From Hydrurus foetidus (lineage: Eukaryota), in assembly GCA_900617105.1 (NCBI GenBank), contig UYFQ01000733.1:1-37351 (forward strand): DNA of 37,351 bases, given 5' to 3'. Of the stretch, positions 23,701-36,150 are shown piece after piece. Under the pieces are notes generated by a model, which was given only the letters and a program-made list of their open reading frames with translations, made no database searches and was not told where the DNA came from. Within the stretch, counting starts at the first letter, position 1, and each line of letters opens with the position of its first letter. A program made the position numbers and the translations under genes.

Positions 23701-26700
23701 GCATTATATGATGTGTTACACTGCATTGCATCGTACAGCATTATATGATGTGTTACACTGCATTGCATCGTACAGCATTATATGATGTGTTACACTGCAT
23801 TGCATCGTACAGCATTATATGATGTGTTACACTGCATTGCATCGTACAGCATTATATGATGTGTTACACTGCATTGCATCGTAAAGCATTATATGATGTG
23901 TTACACTGCATTGCATCGTACAGCATTATATGATGTGTTACACTGCATTGCATCGTAAAGCATTATATGATGTGTTACACTGCATTGCATCGTACAGCAT
24001 TATATGATGTGTTACACTGCATTGCATCGTACAGCATTATATGATGTGTTACACTGCATTGCATCGTACAGCATTATATGATGTGTTACACTGCATTGCA
24101 TCGTACAGCATTATATGATGTGTTACACTGCATTGCATCGTACAGCATTATATGATGTGTTACACTGCATTGCATCGTACAGCATTATATGATGTGTTAC
24201 ACTGCATTGCATCGTACAGCATTATATGATGTGTTACACTGCATTGCATCGTACAGCATTATATGATGTGTTACACTGCATTGCATCGTACAGCATTATA
24301 TGATGTGTTACACTGCATTGCATCGTACAGCATTATATGATGTGTTACACTGCATTGCATCGTACAGCATTATATGATGTGTTACACTGCATTGCATCGT
24401 ACAGCATTATATGATGTGTTACACTGCATTGCATCGTACAGCATTATATGATGTGTTACACTGCATTGCATCGTACAGCATTATATGATGTGTTACACTG
24501 CATTGCATCGTACAGCATTATATGATGTGTTACACTGCATTGCATCGTACAGCATTATATGATGTGTTACACTGCATTGCATCGTACAGCATTATATGAT
24601 GTGTTACACTGCATTGCATCGTACAGCATTATATGATGTGTTACACTGCATTGCATCGTAAAGCATTATATGATGTGTTACACTGCATTGCATCGTACAG
24701 CATTATATGATGTGTTACACTGCATTGCATCGTAAAGCATTATATGATGTGTTACACTGCATTGCATCGTACAGCATTATATGATGTGTTACACTGCATT
24801 GCATCGTACAGCATTATATGATGTGTTACACTGCATTGCATCGTAAAGCATTATATGATGTGTTACACTGCATTGCATCGTACAGCATTATATGATGTGT
24901 TACACTGCATTGCATCGTAAAGCATTATATGATGTGTTACACTGCATTGCATCGTACAGCATTATATGATGTGTTACACTGCATTGCATCGTACAGCATT
25001 ATATGATGTGTTACACTGCATTGCATCGTACAGCATTATATGATGTGTTACACTGCATTGCATCGTACAGCATTATATGATGTGTTACACTGCATTGCAT
25101 CGTACAGCATTATATGATGTGTTACACTGCATTGCATCGTACAGCATTATATGATGTGTTACACTGCATTGCATCGTACAGCATTATATGATGTGTTACA
25201 CTGCATTGCATCGTACAGCATTATATGATGTGTTACACTGCATTGCATCGTACAGCATTATATGATGTGTTACACTGCATTGCATCGTACAGCATTATAT
25301 GATGTGTTACACTGCATTGCATCGTACAGCATTATATGATGTGTTACACTGCATTGCATCGTACAGCATTATATGATGTGTTACACTGCATTGCATCGTA
25401 CAGCATTATATGATGTGTTACACTGCATTGCATCGTACAGCATTATATGATGTGTTACACTGCATTGCATCGTACAGCATTATATGATGTGTTACACTGC
25501 ATTGCATCGTAAAGCATTATATGATGTGTTACACTGCATTGCATCGTACAGCATTATATGATGTGTTACACTGCATTGCATCGTACAGCATTATATGATG
25601 TGTTACACTGCATTGCATCGTACAGCATTATATGATGTGTTACACTGCATTGCATCGTACAGCATTATATGATGTGTTACACTGCATTGCATCGTAAAGC
25701 ATTATATGATGTGTTACACTGCATTGCATCGTAAAGCATTATATGATGTGTTACACTGCATTGCATCGTACAGCATTATATGATGTGTTACACTGCATTG
25801 CATCGTACAGCATTATATGATGTGTTACACTGCATTGCATCGTACAGCATTATATGATGTGTTACACTGCATTGCATCGTACAGCATTATATGATGTGTT
25901 ACACTGCATTGCATCGTAAAGCATTATATGATGTGTTACACTGCATTGCATCGTACAGCATTATATGATGTGTTACACTGCATTGCATCGTAAAGCATTA
26001 TATGATGTGTTACACTGCATTGCATCGTACAGCATTATATGATGTGTTACACTGCATTGCATCGTACAGCATTATATGATGTGTTACACTGCATTGCATC
26101 GTACAGCATTATATGATGTGTTACACTGCATTGCATCGTAAAGCATTATATGATGTGTTACACTGCATTGCATCGTACAGCATTATATGATGTGTTACAC
26201 TGCATTGCATCGTAAAGCATTATATGATGTGTTACACTGCATTGCATCGTAAAGCATTATATGATGTGTTACACTGCATTGCATCGTACAGCATTATATG
26301 ATGTGTTACACTGCATTGCATCGTACAGCATTATATGATGTGTTACACTGCATTGCATCGTACAGCATTATATGATGTGTTACACTGCATTGCATCGTAA
26401 AGCATTATATGATGTGTTACACTGCATTGCATCGTACAGCATTATATGATGTGTTACACTGCATTGCATCGTACAGCATTATATGATGTGTTACACTGCA
26501 TTGCATCGTAAAGCATTATATGATGTGTTACACTGCATTGCATCGTACAGCATTATATGATGTGTTACACTGCATTGCATCGTACAGCATTATATGATGT
26601 GTTACACTGCATTGCATCGTACAGCATTATATGATGTGTTACACTGCATTGCATCGTACAGCATTATATGATGTGTTACACTGCATTGCATCGTACAGCA

Positions 26701-29700
26701 TTATATGATGTGTTACACTGCATTGCATCGTACAGCATTATATGATGTGTTACACTGCATTGCATCGTACAGCATTATATGATGTGTTACACTGCATTGC
26801 ATCGTACAGCATTATATGATGTGTTACACTGCATTGCATCGTACAGCATTATATGATGTGTTACACTGCATTGCATCGTAAAGCATTATATGATGTGTTA
26901 CACTGCATTGCATCGTACAGCATTATATGATGTGTTACACTGCATTGCATCGTAAAGCATTATATGATGTGTTACACTGCATTGCATCGTAAAGCATTAT
27001 ATGATGTGTTACACTGCATTGCATCGTAAAGCATTATATGATGTGTTACACTGCATTGCATCGTACAGCATTATATGATGTGTTACACTGCATTGCATCG
27101 TAAAGCATTATATGATGTGTTACACTGCATTGCATCGTACAGCATTATATGATGTGTTACACTGCATTGCATCGTAAAGCATTATATGATGTGTTACACT
27201 GCATTGCATCGTAAAGCATTATATGATGTGTTACACTGCATTGCATCGTAAAGCATTATATGATGTGTTACACTGCATTGCATCGTACAGCATTATATGA
27301 TGTGTTACACTGCATTGCATCGTACAGCATTATATGATGTGTTACACTGCATTGCATCGTAAAGCATTATATGATGTGTTACACTGCATTGCATCGTAAA
27401 GCATTATATGATGTGTTACACTGCATTGCATCGTAAAGCATTATATGATGTGTTACACTGCATTGCATCGTACAGCATTATATGATGTGTTACACTGCAT
27501 TGCATCGTACAGCATTATATGATGTGTTACACTGCATTGCATCGTACAGCATTATATGATGTGTTACACTGCATTGCATCGTAAAGCATTATATGATGTG
27601 TTACACTGCATTGCATCGTACAGCATTATATGATGTGTTACACTGCATTGCATCGTACAGCATTATATGATGTGTTACACTGCATTGCATCGTACAGCAT
27701 TATATGATGTGTTACACTGCATTGCATCGTACAGCATTATATGATGTGTTACACTGCATTGCATCGTACAGCATTATATGATGTGTTACACTGCATTGCA
27801 TCGTAAAGCATTATATGATGTGTTACACTGCATTGCATCGTACAGCATTATATGATGTGTTACACTGCATTGCATCGTACAGCATTATATGATGTGTTAC
27901 ACTGCATTGCATCGTAAAGCATTATATGATGTGTTACACTGCATTGCATCGTACAGCATTATATGATGTGTTACACTGCATTGCATCGTAAAGCATTATA
28001 TGATGTGTTACACTGCATTGCATCGTACAGCATTATATGATGTGTTACACTGCATTGCATCGTACAGCATTATATGATGTGTTACACTGCATTGCATCGT
28101 AAAGCATTATATGATGTGTTACACTGCATTGCATCGTACAGCATTATATGATGTGTTACACTGCATTGCATCGTAAAGCATTATATGATGTGTTACACTG
28201 CATTGCATCGTACAGCATTATATGATGTGTTACACTGCATTGCATCGTACAGCATTATATGATGTGTTACACTGCATTGCATCGTACAGCATTATATGAT
28301 GTGTTACACTGCATTGCATCGTAAAGCATTATATGATGTGTTACACTGCATTGCATCGTACAGCATTATATGATGTGTTACACTGCATTGCATCGTACAG
28401 CATTATATGATGTGTTACACTGCATTGCATCGTAAAGCATTATATGATGTGTTACACTGCATTGCATCGTACAGCATTATATGATGTGTTACACTGCATT
28501 GCATCGTAAAGCATTATATGATGTGTTACACTGCATTGCATCGTACAGCATTATATGATGTGTTACACTGCATTGCATCGTACAGCATTATATGATGTGT
28601 TACACTGCATTGCATCGTACAGCATTATATGATGTGTTACACTGCATTGCATCGTACAGCATTATATGATGTGTTACACTGCATTGCATCGTACAGCATT
28701 ATATGATGTGTTACACTGCATTGCATCGTACAGCATTATATGATGTGTTACACTGCATTGCATCGTACAGCATTATATGATGTGTTACACTGCATTGCAT
28801 CGTACAGCATTATATGATGTGTTACACTGCATTGCATCGTACAGCATTATATGATGTGTTACACTGCATTGCATCGTACAGCATTATATGATGTGTTACA
28901 CTGCATTGCATCGTACAGCATTATATGATGTGTTACACTGCATTGCATCGTACAGCATTATATGATGTGTTACACTGCATTGCATCGTACAGCATTATAT
29001 GATGTGTTACACTGCATTGCATCGTAAAGCATTATATGATGTGTTACACTGCATTGCATCGTACAGCATTATATGATGTGTTACACTGCATTGCATCGTA
29101 GCATTATATGATGTGTTACACTGCATTGCATCGTACAGCATTATATGATGTGTTACACTGCATTGCATCGTAAAGCATTATATGATGTGTTACACTGCAT
29201 TGCATCGTAAAGCATTATATGATGTGTTACACTGCATTGCATCGTACAGCATTATATGATGTGTTACACTGCATTGCATCGTACAGCATTATATGATGTG
29301 TTACACTGCATTGCATCGTAAAGCATTATATGATGTGTTACACTGCATTGCATCGTACAGCATTATATGATGTGTTACACTGCATTGCATCGTAAAGCAT
29401 TATATGATGTGTTACACTGCATTGCATCGTACAGCATTATATGATGTGTTACACTGCATTGCATCGTACAGCATTATATGATGTGTTACACTGCATTGCA
29501 TCGTAAAGCATTATATGATGTGTTACACTGCATTGCATCGTACAGCATTATATGATGTGTTACACTGCATTGCATCGTACAGCATTATATGATGTGTTAC
29601 ACTGCATTGCATCGTACAGCATTATATGATGTGTTACACTGCATTGCATCGTAAAGCATTATATGATGTGTTACACTGCATTGCATCGTACAGCATTATA

Positions 29701-32700
29701 TGATGTGTTACACTGCATTGCATCGTACAGCATTATATGATGTGTTACACTGCATTGCATCGTAAAGCATTATATGATGTGTTACACTGCATTGCATCGT
29801 ACAGCATTATATGATGTGTTACACTGCATTGCATCGTAAAGCATTATATGATGTGTTACACTGCATTGCATCGTACAGCATTATATGATGTGTTACACTG
29901 CATTGCATCGTACAGCATTATATGATGTGTTACACTGCATTGCATCGTAAAGCATTATATGATGTGTTACACTGCATTGCATCGTACAGCATTATATGAT
30001 GTGTTACACTGCATTGCATCGTACAGCATTATATGATGTGTTACACTGCATTGCATCGTAAAGCATTATATGATGTGTTACACTGCATTGCATCGTACAG
30101 CATTATATGATGTGTTACACTGCATTGCATCGTACAGCATTATATGATGTGTTACACTGCATTGCATCGTACAGCATTATATGATGTGTTACACTGCATT
30201 GCATCGTACAGCATTATATGATGTGTTACACTGCATTGCATCGTACAGCATTATATGATGTGTTACACTGCATTGCATCGTACAGCATTATATGATGTGT
30301 TACACTGCATTGCATCGTACAGCATTATATGATGTGTTACACTGCATTGCATCGTAAAGCATTATATGATGTGTTACACTGCATTGCATCGTACAGCATT
30401 ATATGATGTGTTACACTGCATTGCATCGTAAAGCATTATATGATGTGTTACACTGCATTGCATCGTACAGCATTATATGATGTGTTACACTGCATTGCAT
30501 CGTAAAGCATTATATGATGTGTTACACTGCATTGCATCGTAAAGCATTATATGATGTGTTACACTGCATTGCATCGTAAAGCATTATATGATGTGTTACA
30601 CTGCATTGCATCGTACAGCATTATATGATGTGTTACACTGCATTGCATCGTACAGCATTATATGATGTGTTACACTGCATTGCATCGTACAGCATTATAT
30701 GATGTGTTACACTGCATTGCATCGTACAGCATTATATGATGTGTTACACTGCATTGCATCGTACAGCATTATATGATGTGTTACACTGCATTGCATCGTA
30801 CAGCATTATATGATGTGTTACACTGCATTGCATCGTACAGCATTATATGATGTGTTACACTGCATTGCATCGTACAGCATTATATGATGTGTTACACTGC
30901 ATTGCATCGTACAGCATTATATGATGTGTTACACTGCATTGCATCGTACAGCATTATATGATGTGTTACACTGCATTGCATCGTACAGCATTATATGATG
31001 TGTTACACTGCATTGCATCGTACAGCATTATATGATGTGTTACACTGCATTGCATCGTACAGCATTATATGATGTGTTACACTGCATTGCATCGTACAGC
31101 ATTATATGATGTGTTACACTGCATTGCATCGTAAAGCATTATATGATGTGTTACACTGCATTGCATCGTAAAGCATTATATGATGTGTTACACTGCATTG
31201 CATCGTACAGCATTATATGATGTGTTACACTGCATTGCATCGTACAGCATTATATGATGTGTTACACTGCATTGCATCGTACAGCATTATATGATGTGTT
31301 ACACTGCATTGCATCGTAAAGCATTATATGATGTGTTACACTGCATTGCATCGTACAGCATTATATGATGTGTTACACTGCATTGCATCGTACAGCATTA
31401 TATGATGTGTTACACTGCATTGCATCGTAAAGCATTATATGATGTGTTACACTGCATTGCATCGTACAGCATTATATGATGTGTTACACTGCATTGCATC
31501 GTACAGCATTATATGATGTGTTACACTGCATTGCATCGTACAGCATTATATGATGTGTTACACTGCATTGCATCGTACAGCATTATATGATGTGTTACAC
31601 TGCATTGCATCGTACAGCATTATATGATGTGTTACACTGCATTGCATCGTACAGCATTATATGATGTGTTACACTGCATTGCATTGTACAGCATTATATG
31701 ATGTGTTACACTGCATTGCATCGTACAGCATTATATGATGTGTTACACTGCATTGCATCGTAAAGCATTATATGATGTGTTACACTGCATTGCATCGTAA
31801 AGCATTATATGATGTGTTACACTGCATTGCATCGTACAGCATTATATGATGTGTTACACTGCATTGCATCGTACAGCATTATATGATGTGTTACACTGCA
31901 TTGCATCGTAAAGCATTATATGATGTGTTACACTGCATTGCATCGTAAAGCATTATATGATGTGTTACACTGCATTGCATCGTAAAGCATTATATGATGT
32001 GTTACACTGCATTGCATCGTACAGCATTATATGATGTGTTACACTGCATTGCATCGTAAAGCATTATATGATGTGTTACACTGCATTGCATCGTACAGCA
32101 TTATATGATGTGTTACACTGCATTGCATCGTAAAGCATTATATGATGTGTTACACTGCATTGCATCGTACAGCATTATATGATGTGTTACACTGCATTGC
32201 ATCGTACAGCATTATATGATGTGTTACACTGCATTGCATCGTACAGCATTATATGATGTGTTACACTGCATTGCATCGTACAGCATTATATGATGTGTTA
32301 CACTGCATTGCATCGTACAGCATTATATGATGTGTTACACTGCATTGCATCGTACAGCATTATATGATGTGTTACACTGCATTGCATCGTACAGCATTAT
32401 ATGATGTGTTACACTGCATTGCATCGTATAGCATTATATGATGTGTTACACTGCATTGCATCGTACAGCATTATATGATGTGTTACACTGCATTGCATCG
32501 TAAAGCATTATATGATGTGTTACACTGCATTGCATGGTACATCAACACAACGCATTGCTTTTATTTCGTTGCCTTTCTCTATTGAACTTTGTTGTGTTTT
32601 ATTGTATTGTATTGTATTGTGTTTAATTATATTGTACTGTTTTGTGTTTAATTATATTGTATTGTATTATATTGTATCGTATTGTGTTCTATTGTACTGC

Positions 32701-35700
32701 ATTGTACTGTATGGTGTTGTAATGTATTGTATTGTATTATATTGTGTTGCGATGTCTCATACTGCACAGCGACATAAGATACCTCATCTCCAATAATGTA
32801 CACTGTTATGTCTCGCAGCTCAGTTCATCGCGATGACGAAAGACGTTCGACTAGACTGCAGGTAACCAGTGAGTAGAGGAATCAATGAAACAATGAAACT
32901 AACCCTGACCGATTGAAGATATTTTGAGATTGCACTTCGACATCAATTGATTCCACGCACTTGCACTCCTCCTCGCCTTTTTTCTTTCTTTTCTTTCTTC
33001 CTTCCACACGCCCGTCTTTTTTTAATCTTTTTTCAGTTTTTTGCCTTTTTCTCTGTTCTATTTCGTATTATTCCACCCTCATTTTTAATTTTCCTCCTCT
33101 CTTCTGTTTTCTATTCTTTTCTATTCTTTTCTTTTTTCACATCTCTCTTCTCATCTCTTCGACTCTCTTATTTGATTTCTTTTTCTTCATCTCTTCTGTC
33201 TTCTTTTCGTCGTAACAGGTTCATAGAGCTGATGCCATTTGACGGCAACGGATGGAGCGGAGAGAAGTTCATCGGATACTTGGAAGTACTCGACTCTCTA
33301 AGATCACAGGTACGTGCGTATGTGCATTCGTACGTACAAATATGTGACATGTACAAGTGATGGGTGCAAGCAATGGAATATCAATATATGTTCTTCTTGG
33401 ATAATCTTCTACGCTGCGATTTGTGACCGTACGCTTTTCTATATTCCTTTGTCTCTCGGTATTGTACTTTACATGATCGTTCGCAATGATCGCCGTCACG
33501 CTATCGCACTGTCATGCTATCACGGTTACGGTTGAGCACCGCACTGCCGTACGAACGTACAAACCGAATCACCGTGTAACAGCACGTTGCGAAGTACTTA
33601 CGCTTTATCAAACGTACGTACGCAGGGCATTCAGTTGATCCGTGAACCCAAGAATACAGAAGACCCAAATGGTACGTACGTATGTATGTGCGTTCTCTCT
33701 GCCGTACTTACATCAGATGCTGCCCATTCAGTTACCATCTTACACGGCATATCCCACGCGTGTCACAGTCACACCATGACATGGCCTTGATGCCTCACAT
33801 CGAACACCAATTGCCGTCCGCAACTCCACTCACTAAGTGGTCTCCTGTCACTCGCCTAATGAATAGAATGTGCCATTCCCCTTACTGCTGAGAGCATCTC
33901 TGTGACAACTCGAAATGCAATTAAATCGTGAGGGGTATCGTTGAGTCCTCGTGAGGGGGATCAGCGTAGCGCTGGTGCAATCATAGAATTGATCATCTGT
34001 GTCTATTTGATGGACATAAATACCGTGTGTGTGTGTGTGTGTGTGTGCGTGTGTGTACATAACTGTACATCTGCATCGTATCGTATGCCATCCTTCCTCT
34101 TCCTTGATTTGTCCACCATACCCATACCGATCCTCATTACACTGTTCTCCTACTTTCTTACCCCTCATACATACATACTAGCTACACGCTCACTTGCCAA
34201 CTTACTTCATTGTGTTTTTCTCCCATTATATACTGTGCTATGCATTTTATCTCAATTCGTCATGTCATCGTTTTCATCGTTTTGTATGTCATTTCATCAC
34301 ATCTCATCCTTCGTATTTTTTTCTAGATACGACAAAGTGGTATCGAGTTCCAGGGTCTGCGGGTAGAGTGGGCTTCATCACCAGTATGAGCAGGTAACCG
34401 ATACATGTATGTGTGTATGTAAGTGTGTGTGTATTTTTATGTACGCTTCATCACCAGCACAAACAGACAAGTGTCTGTCTGCCCCTGTTTATCTGTCTGT
34501 CGTTAACTGTTTTTCTTTGGCCCAATGTCTATCAGTTTTCATTCATCTATTTACCTATCAATCATTCAGTCCGTCTATCTGTCCGACTACACATCGGCAC
34601 CCAAACTGTTCTGTTCTCTACACTTTTATCCACTTCTATTTACTTTGTCTATTTTTAAACTTCATCAGTGCGCCAATGCTCATTAGCATGCTCTTGCCTG
34701 CCACACAAAACGAAACTTAACTTAACTTAACTTAACTTAACTTAACCTACCTATGCTCACCATTACTGTTTTTATTCTCAGTCATTTCTGTGGTGGGTGC
34801 AACCGGCTTCGAGTGACCGCTGACGGGAAGCTGAAAGTGTGTCTCTTTGGGGACGAAGCGCTCAGCCTAGTGGAGAGTTACAGAGGTGAGAATGAGGGAT
34901 AGAAAAGGAGGGGGAAAGAGAGAGAAAGAGGATGGGAGGGAGGGGAAATGGGAAGGGAGGGACAGAAAGAAGGAGGCAGAGATAGAGAATGAGTGGGAGA
35001 CGGGAGGGAGGGAGAGAGATAGAAAGAGTGGGCTGGAGGGAAAGCGGAGGGAGGGGGGAAATCGAGTGAGAGAGGGAGGGATGGATGGAGGAGAGAAAGA
35101 GAGAGGGGGAGAACGATGAAAAGAATGAGGGGGATGAGTGAGTGAGTGAGTGAGTGAGAGAATCAAGGAGAAGTGGGGGGTAGGGGAGGAAGGGAAAAGA
35201 GAGAGATAGATAGGTAGAGATGCTGAAGAAGATACACAGAATAGAAAGGAAGCAAGCACATAGTGAGTACATTGAGAGAATGGAAATGTGTCATGAATGG
35301 CGAGGACACAGCATACCACACGCAATGTTCAGACATGTGCCCTACTGTAATGTTGCGTAGATGCGAGGCGAAGTGCTTTTCATTCGATCCGTTTCCACCT
35401 CTTTCTGCTCCTTGAATAAAGCTTCCTTTCCTATACTTGACTTTGCTGTACTCTGTTTTTGTTTTCATGTACTTCAAGTTAGCAACTGCTCTTAAGCTAT
35501 CCTATTTACCATACCTTACCTCCCTCCCTGTATCCGTACCTCCTCCTCTCAAGCACTCCTCCCCTCTCTTTCTCTCTCCCTCCTCCTCTCTATCCCTCCC
35601 TCCCTCCCTCCCGATTACCCTCCCTCCCTCCCTTTGCACAGTTCTTCTCTGCACTCGCTTCTGCTACCCCTTACACCCTTTCGCTTCTCTATCTTTGTTT

Positions 35701-35844
35701 TCTCCAGCTGGACTGAGCGATGAGGAAGTCACTGCGCTCGTAGGAGGGGCAGTCAAAACGAAGAAAAAAGCGCTGGGCGGCTTCGGCTCGATAGATGCCT
35801 TGTCGAAAGGAATCAATCGACCCATGATACTCATAGGAGGGTGA
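8404..35844 (+). CDS. moaA: GTP 3',8-cyclase, molybdenum cofactor biosynthesis protein A (MoaA/CNX2/MOCS1A); 9 exons, 353 aa, probable mitochondrial presequence
   Basis: join(8404-8752,8967-9086,9445-9549,32819-32861,33219-33309,33626-33671,34327-34393,34782-34885,35708-35844) = 1062 nt. All introns are GT-AG and phase-consistent. Motifs: [71 protein letters not shown] and the C-terminal NRPMILIGG. Confidence 0.95.
8967..9086 (+). CDS. moaA: moaA/CNX2 exon 2
   Basis: Acceptor TGTTAG|; (G)[39 protein letters not shown]; donor G|GTGCGT. Confidence 0.92.
9445..9549 (+). CDS. moaA: moaA/CNX2 exon 3
   Basis: Acceptor CCTAG|; (G)[34 protein letters not shown]; weak donor AG|GTGGCT. Confidence 0.9.
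9575..9895. repeat. Degenerate pentamer-like low-complexity 5' flank of intron 3, including a 25-bp direct repeat (9625-9649, 9654-9678)
   Basis: CAATA/CACTG-type units; TACAATCACTGCGAGACAATATGAT occurs twice with period 29. Confidence 0.7.
9896..32541. repeat. 37-bp satellite array, ~22.6 kb, ~612 copies, inside intron 3 of moaA/CNX2
   Basis: Unit GCATTATATGATGTGTTACACTGCATTGCATCGTA[C/A]A, head to tail with no spacers. Rare variants: a 27-bp truncated unit near 10490; TTGTAC near 10168, 10528 and 31685; GTATAG at 9912 and 32429; 1-2-nt deletions near 17634, 21258, 22108 and 29100. Confidence 0.99.
32580..32765. repeat. Degenerate (ATTGT)n pentamer microsatellite, 3' flank of the satellite
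   Basis: Units ATTGT/ACTGT/ATTAT/ATCGT/ACTGC in register. Confidence 0.85.
32819..32861 (+). CDS. moaA: moaA/CNX2 exon 4 (43 nt)
   Basis: Acceptor TCTCGCAG|; (A)[13 protein letters not shown](R), fitting the F..LT....LDVR segment that precedes FIE in this family; donor AG|GTAACC. It restores the frame between exons 3 and 5. Confidence 0.88.
33219..33309 (+). CDS. moaA: moaA/CNX2 exon 5
   Basis: Long polypyrimidine tract then AACAG|; (R)[30 protein letters not shown]; donor |GTACGT. Confidence 0.93.
33626..33671 (+). CDS. moaA: moaA/CNX2 exon 6 (46 nt)
   Basis: [27 protein letters not shown]; phase 0 to phase 1 links exons 5 and 7. Confidence 0.8.
34025..34056. repeat. (GT)n microsatellite in intron 6
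   Basis: About 16 GT units with one GC interruption. Confidence 0.9.
34327..34393 (+). CDS. moaA: moaA/CNX2 exon 7
   Basis: TTCTAG|; (D)[21 protein letters not shown]; donor AG|GTAACC. Confidence 0.92.
34716..34745. repeat. (CTTAA)6 microsatellite upstream of the intron 7 acceptor
   Basis: Six perfect copies ending 36 nt before the AG at 34781. Confidence 0.9.
34782..34885 (+). CDS. moaA: moaA/CNX2 exon 8 (C-terminal CX2CX13C 4Fe-4S motif)
   Basis: CTCAG|; (S)[34 protein letters not shown]; donor G|GTGAGA. Confidence 0.95.
34886..35707. repeat. Intron 8: purine-rich 5' part (~34890-35250) and pyrimidine-rich 3' part (~35500-35707)
   Basis: GGGAGGGAGAGAG-type tracts followed by CCCTCCCTCTCTC-type tracts. 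Confidence 0.85.
35708..35844 (+). CDS. moaA: moaA/CNX2 exon 9 (terminal GG motif, TGA stop)
   Basis: CTCCAG|; (A)[44 protein letters not shown]. Confidence 0.94.
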
Positions 35845-36150
35845 CTCGATTTGACTCACATGCAAACCGGATAGATGCACTGAGTGATGAGTGATAAACC
35901 GGATAGATTTACTCCCTCCTGCAGGCAGTCGCAGACTCAGTAAATGGGGAGTCGGTGAAGCGGTAAAGGGAAGCAGCGAAGAGGGACGTGCTGACTCACC
36001 CCACAACCAATGTGCATTCGTCACACAGAGGAAAGGAAAGGAAGGGAAGGGAAGGAAAGTGATGTGTAGATTTCAACTCCATCAACCCACGGACAATGCA
36101 GCGCAATCAATTTGATGCAGTTTACACAAAGACTAAGATGTGGACACTGG

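Noticed and set aside
9896..32541. CRISPR array (37-bp, partly palindromic repeat)
   Set aside because: Units are head to tail with no unique spacers, there are no cas genes, and the array lies in a spliceosomal intron.
9896..32541. Repeat-encoded protein
   Set aside because: 37 is not a multiple of 3, and each unit has TGA on + and TAA on -, so every frame is closed within three units.
32899..32911. 13-nt match CTAACCCTGACCG to the reverse complement of ~7369-7381
   Set aside because: A few 13-mer matches are expected by chance in ~14 kb of non-satellite sequence.
32512..35477. Cys/Tyr-, Phe/Ser-, Pro/Ser- and Glu/Arg/Gly-rich ORFs
   Set aside because: Low-complexity intronic microsatellite translations; only the short embedded moaA exons are supported.
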